Positions 9,926-19,433 are shown, counted from the first letter of the stretch. The stretch: DNA of 64,000 bases from Candidatus Staskawiczbacteria bacterium RIFCSPLOWO2_01_FULL_33_13 (GCA_001820215.1 MHOW01000006.1:47039-111038); one strand, 5' to 3'. Program-made: numbers and translations. The notes: a model not told the origin generated them from the letters alone.

Positions 9926-10540
9926 ATGGAAAAGATTTCACTGGCAATTATAATCGCAATCTGTATTTTGTTATCAATATTTATTGGATATAAATTCTTC
10001 CTTAATGGGAGTGTTGCCCATAATGAAACGCAATTTAACAACCCCATTCTCACTGAAGATCAGACACAACAAAATAATGAATACAATGAATATTTAGATA
10101 ACCTCAAGAAGGAAGTAGAAAATGAATTTAATACCTATTTAAAAAGTAAACTAGAAAATTGGTCTTTATATATCGCAGATCCAGAATCTTATGACAAGCA
10201 GTTTGGAAGTACTGATGGTTGTGGTGGTACTGTAAAAGTAAGTGATGACTTTGTTGATTATATTAAAAAGTCAGAAAAGGGACCGGTCTATAAATTACCT
10301 CTGAAATACAGATTATATCTTGTGTATACCCCTAATTATAACTATTGGTCAACAAAAAAGTTTTTATCTTTTACAAGCGACGATATGGGGATTTGTGGGG
10401 TGGGTGGACCCATGAGAATATCTGCAACTGCTGATAAAGTTTTATGGATCAATGGAATGTGTGGTGGAGCCGGAGGGCCCGATTGTGATCAAAATTATTT
10501 TCTTTTAGAATTAATAAAAGATTATTTTATCAAAAACTAA
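9926..10540 (+). CDS. Hypothetical membrane-anchored exported protein
   Basis: N-terminal TM helix, Cys-containing soluble domain, operonic spacing. Confidence 0.65.
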   Translation: MEKISLAIIIAICILLSIFIGYKFFLNGSVAHNETQFNNPILTEDQTQQNNEYNEYLDNLKKEVENEFNTYLKSKLENWSLYIADPESYDKQFGSTDGCGGTVKVSDDFVDYIKKSEKGPVYKLPLKYRLYLVYTPNYNYWSTKKFLSFTSDDMGICGVGGPMRISATADKVLWINGMCGGAGGPDCDQNYFLLELIKDYFIKN

Positions 10541-10541
10541 T

Positions 10542-11306
10542 ATGATAAAAAAAGTAGTGGTTGCGGTTGCCGGAACTGGAACCCGAATGCTAGACCTAGC
10601 AAAAGATAAACCAAAACATCTTATTACTGTTTTAAATAGGCCCTTTTTGGCATATTTGCTAGATAATCTTTTCTATGCGGGCTATAAGGATATTATTTTA
10701 GTGGTGGGGCACAAAGGCGAAATGATAGAAAATTTTAAGAATTCATATATTCCTCCGGTAACGGGCGAATTTAAAATACAAGCCATAAGCCAATACGACC
10801 TTTTAGGAACAAAAGAACAGGGAACCTATGGGACTGCTTGCCCCTTAATGTGCGTAAAAGATATTATCGATGAGCCATTTATATTTTTATATGGAGATAA
10901 TTTGTACTCGGTAAAAGATTTAAAAGCATTAAATATTGATGATAATTATAACTATATTGCCGGAATGCACCACGATGCACCAGAAAAATATGGGGTTTTG
11001 ATCTCTGATGAAGAAGGATTTTTAAAAGAGATTATAGAAAAACCGAAAGAATTTGTGGGAAACATGATTAACACGGGGCCATTCAAATTTACTCCAGAAG
11101 TTTTTGAAAAACTGCCTTTGATACAAAAATCTCCTAGGGGGGAATATGAAATTACTGATGTTATTTCTCTCTTAGCTAAAGAAAAGAAAGTAAAAATAAA
11201 AAAAATAGAAGATTATTGGATTGATTTTGGAAAACCCGAAGATGTAGAAAAACTCGCTGAATTTTTAACAAATGATCATAAAAATTTCGCCAAAAATAAT
11301 ACATAA
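10542..11306 (+). CDS. Sugar-phosphate nucleotidyltransferase (GlmU/RmlA-like)
   Basis: AGTGTRM..L....PK, YGDN, EKP, SPRGEYEITD, W.D.GKPED. Confidence 0.88.
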   Translation: MIKKVVVAVAGTGTRMLDLAKDKPKHLITVLNRPFLAYLLDNLFYAGYKDIILVVGHKGEMIENFKNSYIPPVTGEFKIQAISQYDLLGTKEQGTYGTACPLMCVKDIIDEPFIFLYGDNLYSVKDLKALNIDDNYNYIAGMHHDAPEKYGVLISDEEGFLKEIIEKPKEFVGNMINTGPFKFTPEVFEKLPLIQKSPRGEYEITDVISLLAKEKKVKIKKIEDYWIDFGKPEDVEKLAEFLTNDHKNFAKNNT

Positions 11307-11838
11307 AGTTTCTATATTTTTAAAAAAAGGAGGCCTGGTAATTTGTCCTACTGATACTGTGTATGGATTTTTAGCAGATGCTTCAAACAAAAAAGCTGTT
11401 GATAAAATTTTTAAGATCAAAAAGAGGTCGAAATCAAATCCCCTGTCACTGTTTGTGAAAAATTTTAAAATGGCGAATAGAATTGCTTTTATTAATGAGA
11501 AACAAGCTAATATTTTAAATAAATTTTGGCCTGGGAAATATACATTTAGAATAAAACGAAAACCTAAAAAAGATTTGTACGGCGTTGATAAAAACACTAT
11601 TGCGATAAGAATTCCTAAGTATAAATTCTTAAATGATTTATTAAATAAAATAAATAAACCATTAGTTCAAACATCGGTAAATATTTCTGGAAAAAATCCT
11701 CTTAATAAAATAAATGACATAATAAATACATTTGAGGGTTTAGATATTTTAATAATAAATGGAGGTAATATTAAAAAAGGCAAACCATCAAAAATACTAG
11801 ATTTAACTCAGAATACAATTAAAACCTTAAGAAAATGA
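11272..11838 (+). CDS. tsaC: Threonylcarbamoyl-AMP synthase (TsaC/Sua5/YrdC)
   Basis: PTDTVYG, K.R...PL, WPG..T, TSVNISG. Confidence 0.92.
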   Translation: MIIKISPKIIHKVSIFLKKGGLVICPTDTVYGFLADASNKKAVDKIFKIKKRSKSNPLSLFVKNFKMANRIAFINEKQANILNKFWPGKYTFRIKRKPKKDLYGVDKNTIAIRIPKYKFLNDLLNKINKPLVQTSVNISGKNPLNKINDIINTFEGLDILIINGGNIKKGKPSKILDLTQNTIKTLRK

Positions 11839-13079
11839 AATTAAAAAAAAGCGATCCGCAAATTGCAAAACTTATTAAATTAGAAACCCAACGCCAAGAA
11901 GATTCCCTACAAATGATTCCTTCTGAAAATCATTGTTCTTTTGCGGTACGCGAAGCTTTGGGCTCAATTTTGACTGATAAATATGCAGAGGGTTATCCTT
12001 CAAAAAGATATTATGGGGGGAATGAATTTATAGATAAAGTAGAAAATTTAGCTATTGAAAGGGTAAAAAAAATCTTCAAAGTTGAGCATGTAAATGTCCA
12101 ACCACATTCAGGTTCGCCTGCAAACGCAGGTGTATATATGGCAATATGCGAGCCAAAAGACACTATTATGGGCATGGCCTTGCAAATGGGAGGCCACTTA
12201 ACCCATGGGTTTAAATTAAGTTTTTCTGGTAAATTTTTTAACGCAGTACAATACGGACTTGATGAAAAAACGCATCTAATAAACTATGATGAAGTTGAAA
12301 AATTAGCAAAAGAACATAAACCTAAATTAATTTGGGTGGGGGGAAGTGCATATCCAAGGATTTTTGACTGGAAAAAAATGGGCCAAGTTGCAGATTCTGT
12401 GGGCGCATATTTAGTAGCCGATATAGCTCATATTGCGGGATTAATAGCAGGAGGCATACACCCAAGTCCTGTGCCATTTGTACATATTATAACTACTACT
12501 ACTCACAAAACACTACGAGGACCAAGGGGAGGCATTATTATGGTAACAAAAAAGGGCATTGAAAAAGACCCTGATTTACCTAAAAAAATTGATAAAGCAG
12601 TTTTTCCTGGGCTTCAAGGAGGGCCGCACGAAAACGCGATTGCGGCAATTGCAGTTTGCATAAAAGAAGCCTCAACTCCAGCTTTTAAAAAATATGCAGC
12701 CCAGGTTGTAAAAAATGCCAAAACACTGGCAGAAGAGTTAACAAAATATGGATTTAACTTAATAAGCGGTGGTACAGAGAATCATCTAATATTAATTGAT
12801 TTACGAAATAAAAATATTACAGGAGCTGATGCGCAAAATTTATTAGAAAAAATAGGAATGTCTATGAATAAAAATAGCATCCCCTATGACCCAGCCCCAC
12901 CTTTTAAGCCTTCTGGAATTAGAATGGGAACTCCTGCAATTACAACTCGGGGAATGAAAGAAAAAGAAATGAAACAAATTGCAATCTGGATAAACGAAGT
13001 AATATCAAACCCAGGGGCAGTAAAAAAAATTAGAGAAAAAATTAAGAAATTCTGTAAAAAATTTCCGTTGCCAAAATAA
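11835..13079 (+). CDS. glyA: Serine hydroxymethyltransferase
   Basis: PSEN, KYAEGYP..RYYGG, GGHLTHG, TTTTHKTLRGPRGG. Confidence 0.97.
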   Translation: MKLKKSDPQIAKLIKLETQRQEDSLQMIPSENHCSFAVREALGSILTDKYAEGYPSKRYYGGNEFIDKVENLAIERVKKIFKVEHVNVQPHSGSPANAGVYMAICEPKDTIMGMALQMGGHLTHGFKLSFSGKFFNAVQYGLDEKTHLINYDEVEKLAKEHKPKLIWVGGSAYPRIFDWKKMGQVADSVGAYLVADIAHIAGLIAGGIHPSPVPFVHIITTTTHKTLRGPRGGIIMVTKKGIEKDPDLPKKIDKAVFPGLQGGPHENAIAAIAVCIKEASTPAFKKYAAQVVKNAKTLAEELTKYGFNLISGGTENHLILIDLRNKNITGADAQNLLEKIGMSMNKNSIPYDPAPPFKPSGIRMGTPAITTRGMKEKEMKQIAIWINEVISNPGAVKKIREKIKKFCKKFPLPK

Positions 13080-13096
13080 ATAAATTATAGATCTAA

Positions 13097-13633
13097 ATGG
13101 TAATTGATTCTTATATTTTTGAATTTATTAATAGTTTTGCGGGAAAATGGCAGTTTTTAGATTTATTGGGAATATTTTTTGCAAAATACTTTGAATATTT
13201 TTTACTGTTTGCCTTAGTTATATTTTTAGTTAAAGATTTTAAAAAATATTGGAAAATGGTGACTGGGGCAGTGTTAGTCGCTTTTTTTGTAAGATTTGTA
13301 TTGGTGGAAATTTTTTATTGGTTACACTTTAGGGCAAGGCCTTTTGCAAACGGCTATATAAAGTCCCTGATTGATTATGATCCAGAAAAAACGGCTTTCC
13401 CCTCAGGCCACGCTTCATTCTATTTTGCGCTATCAACTATTATTTACGGATATAATAAAAAAGCAGGAATCTTATTTTTTATTGGAAGCTTTTTAATTGT
13501 ATTGGCTAGAGTTTTTGTGGGTCTTCATTGGCCATCAGATATTTTAGCCGGAGCAATACTAGGAATTATAATGGGAATAATTTTAAATAAACTATTTAAA
13601 AAAATACTACTTAAAAAACACCTTGATCAATAA
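13097..13633 (+). CDS. PAP2 family phosphatase (undecaprenyl-diphosphatase-like)
   Basis: R.RP, FPSGH, ARVFVGLHWPSD. Confidence 0.88.
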   Translation: MVIDSYIFEFINSFAGKWQFLDLLGIFFAKYFEYFLLFALVIFLVKDFKKYWKMVTGAVLVAFFVRFVLVEIFYWLHFRARPFANGYIKSLIDYDPEKTAFPSGHASFYFALSTIIYGYNKKAGILFFIGSFLIVLARVFVGLHWPSDILAGAILGIIMGIILNKLFKKILLKKHLDQ

Positions 13634-13636
13634 TTC

Positions 13637-13682
13637 CACATACGAAAAAAGAAGAGATTAATCTCTTCTTTTTTCGTATGTG
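13637..13682. terminator. Perfect 46-bp palindrome, bidirectional terminator
   Basis: cacatacgaaaaaagaagagatt|aatctcttcttttttcgtatgtg between convergent PAP2 gene and tRNA. Confidence 0.7.
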
Positions 13683-13764
13683 CCCGAGGTGGGAGTTGAA
13701 CCCACATGATATTGCTATCGCGGGATTTTGAGTCCCGTGCGTCTGCCAATTCCGCCACCCGGGC
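13681..13764 (-). tRNA. tRNA-Leu(CAA), CCA not encoded
   Basis: gcccgggtggcggaattggcagacgcacggga-ct-CAA-aa-tcccg, long variable arm, gtgggttcaactcccac T-arm. Confidence 0.95.
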
Positions 13765-13800
13765 AATTTATGATAAATTTATCATAAATTGATATTCACT

Positions 13801-15843
13801 TCAAGCTTCTTCTTTCTTAAAGTCACAATCTTTACTTGAGCACTTCACTTTTTTAGATTTTGTTTCAACTAATATTAAACCACATGTCGGACAAAACTCA
13901 TTGATTGGCTTATCCCATGCCGCAAAATCACATTTTGGATAATCATCACAACCATAAAATATTTTGCCTCTCCTGGTTTTTTTAGCTACCACCTGCCCCT
14001 TTTTGCATTTTGGACAAATAATATCTATTTTTATTGCCTGCGCTCCCGGATTATCTTTTATAATTGATTCGGTGTGTTTACAATCTGGAAATCCAGTACA
14101 GGCGTAAAATCTACCAAATCGCCCCATTTTATCAACCATATCTTTACCACATTTTGGACATTTTTTATCGGTTTTAATAGTTAAATCTTCTTTTGGAATT
14201 TCATCATATTTTTCTTTCAAATTTTTAGCAAATGGACCATAAAAATCTCCAACGATTTTTTCCCATACATCTTTACCTTCGGCTATTTCATCAAGCCCTT
14301 TTTCCATTTTTGCGGTAAATTCAATATCCACAATTTGCGGAAAATTTTTCACCAGCATTTCATTAACAATAGTTCCCATTTCAGTAGGCGCAAATCTTTT
14401 TTGTTCGTTTTTTGCTATGTAATTGCGGTCTTGTATCGTAGATAAAGTTGGTGCGTAGGTTGAAGGCCTGCCTATTCCATGAGATTCGAGTGCCTTAATC
14501 AGCGAAGCTTCGTTATAGCGGCTAGGAGGCTCGGTATAATGCTGGCTTGGATTTATTTTCACTAATTCCAATATTTCTTTCTCTTGTAATTTTGGCATTT
14601 CATTTTCTGAAAATTTCATCGGATAGATTTTTAAAAAGCCGTCAAATTTAAGCATTTGCCCATTAGCTCCAAAAATATATCCATTTCCCCCATTAATTTC
14701 AATAGAAGTTGAATCAAATATGGCTGGCGTCATTTGCGAGGCAATAAATCTTTGCCAAATTAAAGTATAAAGTTTAAGCTGCGCACCCTCTAATTCACTT
14801 TTCATAGATTCCGGAGTTTTATCCGCATAAGTAGGCCTTATGGCCTCGTGTGCTTCTTGAGCATTACCCTTAGCTTTAAATAGAGTGCCCTTAAAATAAT
14901 CATTGCCAAAAGATTTTTTAATAAACTCTTCAGATGCAATTAAAGAAGATTGGGAAAGATTCAAAGAGTCAGTTCTATGATAAGTAATATGCCCCTGCTC
15001 ATATAGTTTTTGAGCAACCGACATGGTCATTTTTGCAGTAAAATGGAATTTATTAGCCGCAGTTTGCTGCATGGTGCTTGTAGTAAATGGCGGCAGAGGA
15101 TTTCTTTTTGTTTCTTTTTTAGTAATTTTTTCTATTTGATACTTTGCGTTTTCTAAACCGACTAAAATTTCATCAGCATGTTTTTTATTTTTTATCTCTA
15201 GTTTATCAATAATTTTTCCGTCTTTTTTAATTAAAAAAGCAGAAAAATTTTTATTTTCCTTATTAAAGATTGCCTCAATCTCCCAATATTCCTCTGCAAT
15301 AAATTTTTTAATTTCTTCTTCTCGCTCAACTACTAATCGCACCGCCACTGATTGCACGCGCCCAGCAGAAAGCCCTTTTGATATTTTTTTCCATAAAAAA
15401 GGGGATAATTTATACCCCACAATTCTATCTAAAACCCTGCGGGCTTGTTGAGCATCTACCAAGTGCATATCTATCTTTCCAGGTGTTTTTAGAGCCTCTG
15501 CAATAGCGCTTTTAGTAATTTCGTGGAATACAATTCTTTTTGGATCTTTTAAATTCAGGGCCTCCGCCAAATGCCATGAAATAGATTCTCCTTCGCGATC
15601 TTGGTCAGTTGCTAAAATAACCTCATCAGCTAGTTTTGCCTCCTTCTTTAATTCAGCAATAACTTTTTTGGCTTTTGTAGGAATTACATATTTAGGCTCA
15701 AAGTTTTTTTCAACATTCACACCAAGTTCGCGTTTTGGTAAATCGCGCACATGACCAAAAGAAGCCACTACTTTATAGTTTTTTCCTAAAAAGCGGCTGA
15801 TTGTGCGTCCCTTGGTTGGGCTCTCCACCACAAGTAAAATCAT
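13801..15843 (-). CDS. topA: DNA topoisomerase I with C-terminal zinc ribbons
   Basis: VESP.K, GHVRDL, ATD.DREGE, SAGRVQS, ITYHRTDS, QEAHEAIRPT, GIGRPSTY. Confidence 0.97.
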   Translation of the reverse strand: MILLVVESPTKGRTISRFLGKNYKVVASFGHVRDLPKRELGVNVEKNFEPKYVIPTKAKKVIAELKKEAKLADEVILATDQDREGESISWHLAEALNLKDPKRIVFHEITKSAIAEALKTPGKIDMHLVDAQQARRVLDRIVGYKLSPFLWKKISKGLSAGRVQSVAVRLVVEREEEIKKFIAEEYWEIEAIFNKENKNFSAFLIKKDGKIIDKLEIKNKKHADEILVGLENAKYQIEKITKKETKRNPLPPFTTSTMQQTAANKFHFTAKMTMSVAQKLYEQGHITYHRTDSLNLSQSSLIASEEFIKKSFGNDYFKGTLFKAKGNAQEAHEAIRPTYADKTPESMKSELEGAQLKLYTLIWQRFIASQMTPAIFDSTSIEINGGNGYIFGANGQMLKFDGFLKIYPMKFSENEMPKLQEKEILELVKINPSQHYTEPPSRYNEASLIKALESHGIGRPSTYAPTLSTIQDRNYIAKNEQKRFAPTEMGTIVNEMLVKNFPQIVDIEFTAKMEKGLDEIAEGKDVWEKIVGDFYGPFAKNLKEKYDEIPKEDLTIKTDKKCPKCGKDMVDKMGRFGRFYACTGFPDCKHTESIIKDNPGAQAIKIDIICPKCKKGQVVAKKTRRGKIFYGCDDYPKCDFAAWDKPINEFCPTCGLILVETKSKKVKCSSKDCDFKKEEA

Positions 15844-16949
15844 TTTGAAAATTTATTAATAATATTATATTTATGTATTCCCAGTGCTGAAGCTTTGTGC
15901 TGAATTTCTTGCCATTTTCTACCGGGAAATAGGGATAATAGTTTACTTTTCGGATATGTTCTATAAAACTTTCGTATAATTTCTTCCTCTTCTTTTGTGT
16001 AACCCTTTCTGTATCTTATTTCTACCAGAGAGGCTCTTTGGGCAAGTTTAAATTTCCTTTTAATGTATAGTGTAGAATTCGTGTAAAGATAATCTATTAG
16101 AGTTTTTGCTGAATTTGACCTATACGCTATATAAAAAAGAAACTGACTATTTTCATCTTTTTTTACGCTACATATTTTTGAATAAAGATTAAATGTATTA
16201 AGAAAATGATTCTGTATAAAAGTTATAGTATTTTTCCCTCCGCAAACACTTATGGTGGGGTGATTTCTTTTATCGAAATAAATGCTACCATCACCATCTA
16301 TAACACCTCGTATGAAATCTTTTATATATTCGCGGGGAACAATTGGAACATTTTCCCTTAAACTTTTCCTATATATAATACCCAATTTCTTAAGATCATC
16401 GACAATTATCTGACTAGTTATGCCGAGGTGAAAGGCATTTAGAGAAGGAGAAATTTTGTGGTTTGAAGATAATTCTTTTTTTATTTTTTCTAAAATATCA
16501 ATATCTCTTTTCTGTACTCCAAACTTCAAAGCATCACTATAACCCTTGTATATTCCTTTGACAATACATCCATCAGCCAGAATAAAACCAAGAATATAGG
16601 CCATTTCAGAAGACCATGTTTTAAAATAATTTTCATTAACCGCTAATCGGGGGTGGTTTCTGTTTTGTTTTAATCCCAATCTTTCTCCTTGTGCCCATAT
16701 AGCAGTTTTAGACCTTCTGGGTAAAAATTTTAAAAGTTCTTGTATGTTATGGGTGGGGAAATACTTGTGCAATATTTTATTATCTTTTAATTGCCATAAC
16801 TTTGCCGAAGGAAGCCTTAAGCTTAATGCCTTTGCAACAATGGTAGGTTTAGTTCGATCGGGAAACATTGTAATTAAATCACTTACCCTTTTTACTGGAT
16901 AATATTCTTTCAGGAGAGCAATTTCTTTTTGTGACCATATTCTACTCAT
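15840..16949 (-). CDS. Free-standing two-motif LAGLIDADG endonuclease with Myb/SANT-like repeats
   Basis: YILGFILADG and FIRGVIDGDG motifs; W(S/Q)..E..L..Y(Y/F)P-type repeats at the N-terminus, one degenerate copy at the C-terminus; ATGA overlap with topA. Confidence 0.85.
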   Translation of the reverse strand: MSRIWSQKEIALLKEYYPVKRVSDLITMFPDRTKPTIVAKALSLRLPSAKLWQLKDNKILHKYFPTHNIQELLKFLPRRSKTAIWAQGERLGLKQNRNHPRLAVNENYFKTWSSEMAYILGFILADGCIVKGIYKGYSDALKFGVQKRDIDILEKIKKELSSNHKISPSLNAFHLGITSQIIVDDLKKLGIIYRKSLRENVPIVPREYIKDFIRGVIDGDGSIYFDKRNHPTISVCGGKNTITFIQNHFLNTFNLYSKICSVKKDENSQFLFYIAYRSNSAKTLIDYLYTNSTLYIKRKFKLAQRASLVEIRYRKGYTKEEEEIIRKFYRTYPKSKLLSLFPGRKWQEIQHKASALGIHKYNIINKFSK

Positions 16950-16961
16950 GCCCTCATTATA

Positions 16962-16997
16962 CTATAATTTTGGGCTTTCTACTATCACTAAATCCAT
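16962..16997 (-). pseudogene. Truncated relic of topA 5' end (MDLVIVESPKL*)
   Basis: ATG GAT TTA GTG ATA GTA GAA AGC CCA AAA TTA TAG, 29 nt after the dprA stop; matches TOPRIM LVIVESP. Confidence 0.8.
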
Positions 16998-17026
16998 ATT
17001 TTTTTAATTTGATATTTAAAAATTAT

Positions 17027-17890
17027 TTATACAATAGTATATACATTGCCGCCTAGGTTTCGTATCTTACCCGAAATTTCCATTAAGGCAAGTGAAGTTA
17101 CTACTAAAGAAGCATTTAGTTTTGTTTTCTCAATTATTTTGTCAATATATAACGCTTCTTCTTTTAGTGCGGCGAAAATAAGCTGTTCTTGCATATTTTC
17201 GGACGCAAAAATTTTTTGGGAAACTTTCTCTGCCTCAACTCCCAATACATCTAAAATATCTTTTGAACTTTCAACCAGTGTTGCCCCCTCTTTTATTAAT
17301 TTATTCGGGCCCTGTGAATTCAACGAAAAAATTTGGCCGGGTACCGCAAATAATTTCTTTTTTTGTTTTATTGCATAATTTGCGGTAATTAATGATCCTG
17401 ATTTCTGCTTTGCCTCAACGACCAAAACTCCCAAAGACAATGCTGATATTATTCTGTTTCTTTTGGGAAAAGAAAAAACAGATCCGTGTGTGCCAGGTGG
17501 TAGCTCCGAAATTAAACAACCATGATTTTCAATTATTTTTCTTGATAATTCTAAGTTTTGCTGGGGGTATATGCTTTTTTCATCTAATCCTGTGCCTAAC
17601 ACCGCAATGGTTATTTTCTTTTTTTCAATGCAAATTTTATGAGCAAAAGTATCTATGCCGGGCGCCATTCCTGAAACAATAACTAATCCTGCATCCACTA
17701 ATTCTCCTGTAATCTGTAAGGTTGCTTGCTGACCATACAAAGAAGGACGCCTTGTCCCAACAATCCCAAAACAATTTTCATTTTTTGGTAAACTTCCTCT
17801 ATGATACAAAACTTTAGGCGCATCAGGAATTTTTTTTAATAATTCCGGATAACTTTTATCATTTATTGAAATTTCCTGTATGTCTTCCAT
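17027..17890 (-). CDS. dprA: DNA-protecting protein DprA
   Basis: IVGTR, VSG.A.GID..AH, FP.RNRII, VEA...SGSLITA, C-terminal wHTH. Confidence 0.95.
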   Translation of the reverse strand: MEDIQEISINDKSYPELLKKIPDAPKVLYHRGSLPKNENCFGIVGTRRPSLYGQQATLQITGELVDAGLVIVSGMAPGIDTFAHKICIEKKKITIAVLGTGLDEKSIYPQQNLELSRKIIENHGCLISELPPGTHGSVFSFPKRNRIISALSLGVLVVEAKQKSGSLITANYAIKQKKKLFAVPGQIFSLNSQGPNKLIKEGATLVESSKDILDVLGVEAEKVSQKIFASENMQEQLIFAALKEEALYIDKIIEKTKLNASLVVTSLALMEISGKIRNLGGNVYTIV

Positions 17891-17923
17891 TAATGAATTA
17901 TAACAGATAAACCTAAGTAAACA

Positions 17924-17946
17924 AAAAATGGCAAAAAGCCATTTTT
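17924..17946 (-). terminator. Small hairpin, probable terminator
   Basis: aaaaatggc-aaaaa-gccattttt. Confidence 0.45.
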
Positions 17947-17966
17947 ATATATAATCAGCAAAATTA

Positions 17967-18935
17967 TTAAACCCTTGAAAATCTAGTAAAACCAGAACAA
18001 GCCACAATTTCAATTCCCTGTTTTTCTAATTCATCCATCAGTAAATTCATTCCCAAAGAATCCGAAGACATGTGTCCAGCAATTACAATATTAATATGGG
18101 CCATTTCCGCTTCTTTTTTATGCTCTTCTGAAATATGCATTCCAATTACAGTTCCAATGCCGGCTTGAGCTATTTTTTCGTAAAGCTTTGGAGAGCCTTC
18201 AGTGCCTCCAGTAATTTCAGACAATGCAATTTTGCCGCACCTATTTTCCAGAGAACCCGCAAAAACTTTAGGGCCAACACCTATTTTCATGGCTTCCTTA
18301 TATTCTGGAATTTCTTTTAATGCGTTTATAATATCAGAAACTCTTTCTAATTTTCTTGGCCTGAGTGGTTCTGAAGGGTTACCTTCAATAAAATTCCTTA
18401 AAAATTTAGCTGCTAAATTATCAGACGGGGTATGTGAATTCATTAAATTCACATTTAAAAGTCTTGCGGTATCAACAGTTCTTTGATGATTAGAAGAATT
18501 TACCCCTCTTGCAACCTCTGAAATTCTTTCCCTCATTAAGCCTTCAGCAACATTAATTGGCACTCCATAAAAATTATATACATCACACTGAAGTTCCATT
18601 ACATCTGCTAATTGAGCCAAACCCTTACCTACTGGATGATGGCCAATTACCAAGTCTATGTTTCCAAGTTCACGAGCCAATAAAATTTCTTCAGGTCCAA
18701 TATCAATACCCACTAATACTTTTTTTATTTCTTTATTATCAAAGATATTATAAACCCCAGAATCTAAATAAGGATTTTCTAAAGATTCTTTATCAAATTC
18801 TTCTTGTTCTTTTAAAGAAAGTCTTTGGAATTTTAATTTTTTGTAATCTAATATTTTTTGGACTCCGTCTTTTCCGCGAAAATCCGACTCCATTCCCATG
18901 GTAATAAATAAATTTTGGATATCTTGTATTTTCAT
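17967..18935 (-). CDS. NIF3/NGG1-interacting factor 3-like protein
   Basis: VGID, HHP.G, HTPSDN, TGGTEG, MH, AGHMSSDSLG. Confidence 0.8.
   Translation of the reverse strand: MKIQDIQNLFITMGMESDFRGKDGVQKILDYKKLKFQRLSLKEQEEFDKESLENPYLDSGVYNIFDNKEIKKVLVGIDIGPEEILLARELGNIDLVIGHHPVGKGLAQLADVMELQCDVYNFYGVPINVAEGLMRERISEVARGVNSSNHQRTVDTARLLNVNLMNSHTPSDNLAAKFLRNFIEGNPSEPLRPRKLERVSDIINALKEIPEYKEAMKIGVGPKVFAGSLENRCGKIALSEITGGTEGSPKLYEKIAQAGIGTVIGMHISEEHKKEAEMAHINIVIAGHMSSDSLGMNLLMDELEKQGIEIVACSGFTRFSRV
18355..18380 (-). repeat. CCTTC..CTCAGG mini element in-frame (NPSEPLRPR)
   Basis: aacccttcagaaccactcaggccaag on the coding strand. Confidence 0.6.
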
Positions 18936-18940
18936 TCTAC

Positions 18941-19033
18941 TTATTTACTTGCGAGTTCTTTTAATTTCTTGCCTCTGCTTTTTCTCCATCTTTTATTGAT
19001 TCTTCCATTATGTTTTGTTTGCCTAGTTTTCAT
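18941..19033 (-). CDS. 30-aa basic microprotein (MKTRQTKHNGRINKRWRKSRGKKLKELASK)
   Basis: Fills the gap between flanking genes with 4-nt and 5-nt spacers; absent from the ORF track. Confidence 0.55.
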   Translation of the reverse strand: MKTRQTKHNGRINKRWRKSRGKKLKELASK

Positions 19034-19037
19034 AAAA

Positions 19038-19286
19038 TTATTTATTCTTAGCTGATTTTTTTATTGTTTTTTTAGGCTTCTTATCTTTTTCTTCTAGTTT
19101 TTCATTTTTCAACTCGGGTGCATCGCTAGGAGATTTTGTCTCTTTTTTATTTAATTTACTATACATTTGGGCTATCATTTCTTCCTGTTTTTTAAAATCT
19201 AAAAACTGAGTCCGTATTCGGGCTTTTTCTGATCTTATAAATCTTCTTGTTGAATTAGACAATTTTTTTGTATAGTTTTTTTCCAT
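19038..19286 (-). CDS. Small basic hypothetical protein
   Basis: KKLSNSTRRFIRSEKARIR; ATG at 19286 preferred. Confidence 0.65.
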   Translation of the reverse strand: MEKNYTKKLSNSTRRFIRSEKARIRTQFLDFKKQEEMIAQMYSKLNKKETKSPSDAPELKNEKLEEKDKKPKKTIKKSAKNK

Positions 19287-19433
19287 ATATAAAAGTTTAT
19301 TAAAACAAAAAATGGTTCTTCTAAAACCATTCCTGTTTTGCATTGTATACTAAAACAAAGTTTATATCAAGTATTCGCCGCAAAACAAAACTCTCTTTTT
19401 GTGATCCATTTTCTATATGCTTTTTATTGTCGA

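Noticed and set aside
13681-13764. Prophage or island integrated at tRNA-Leu
   Set aside because: No duplicated tRNA 3' end and no integrase seen; flanking genes are housekeeping.
15840-16997. Group I intron or intein in topA
   Set aside because: The downstream topA has its own complete start, the ORF has no intein termini, and only about 12 nt of non-coding flank exists, too little for a ribozyme.
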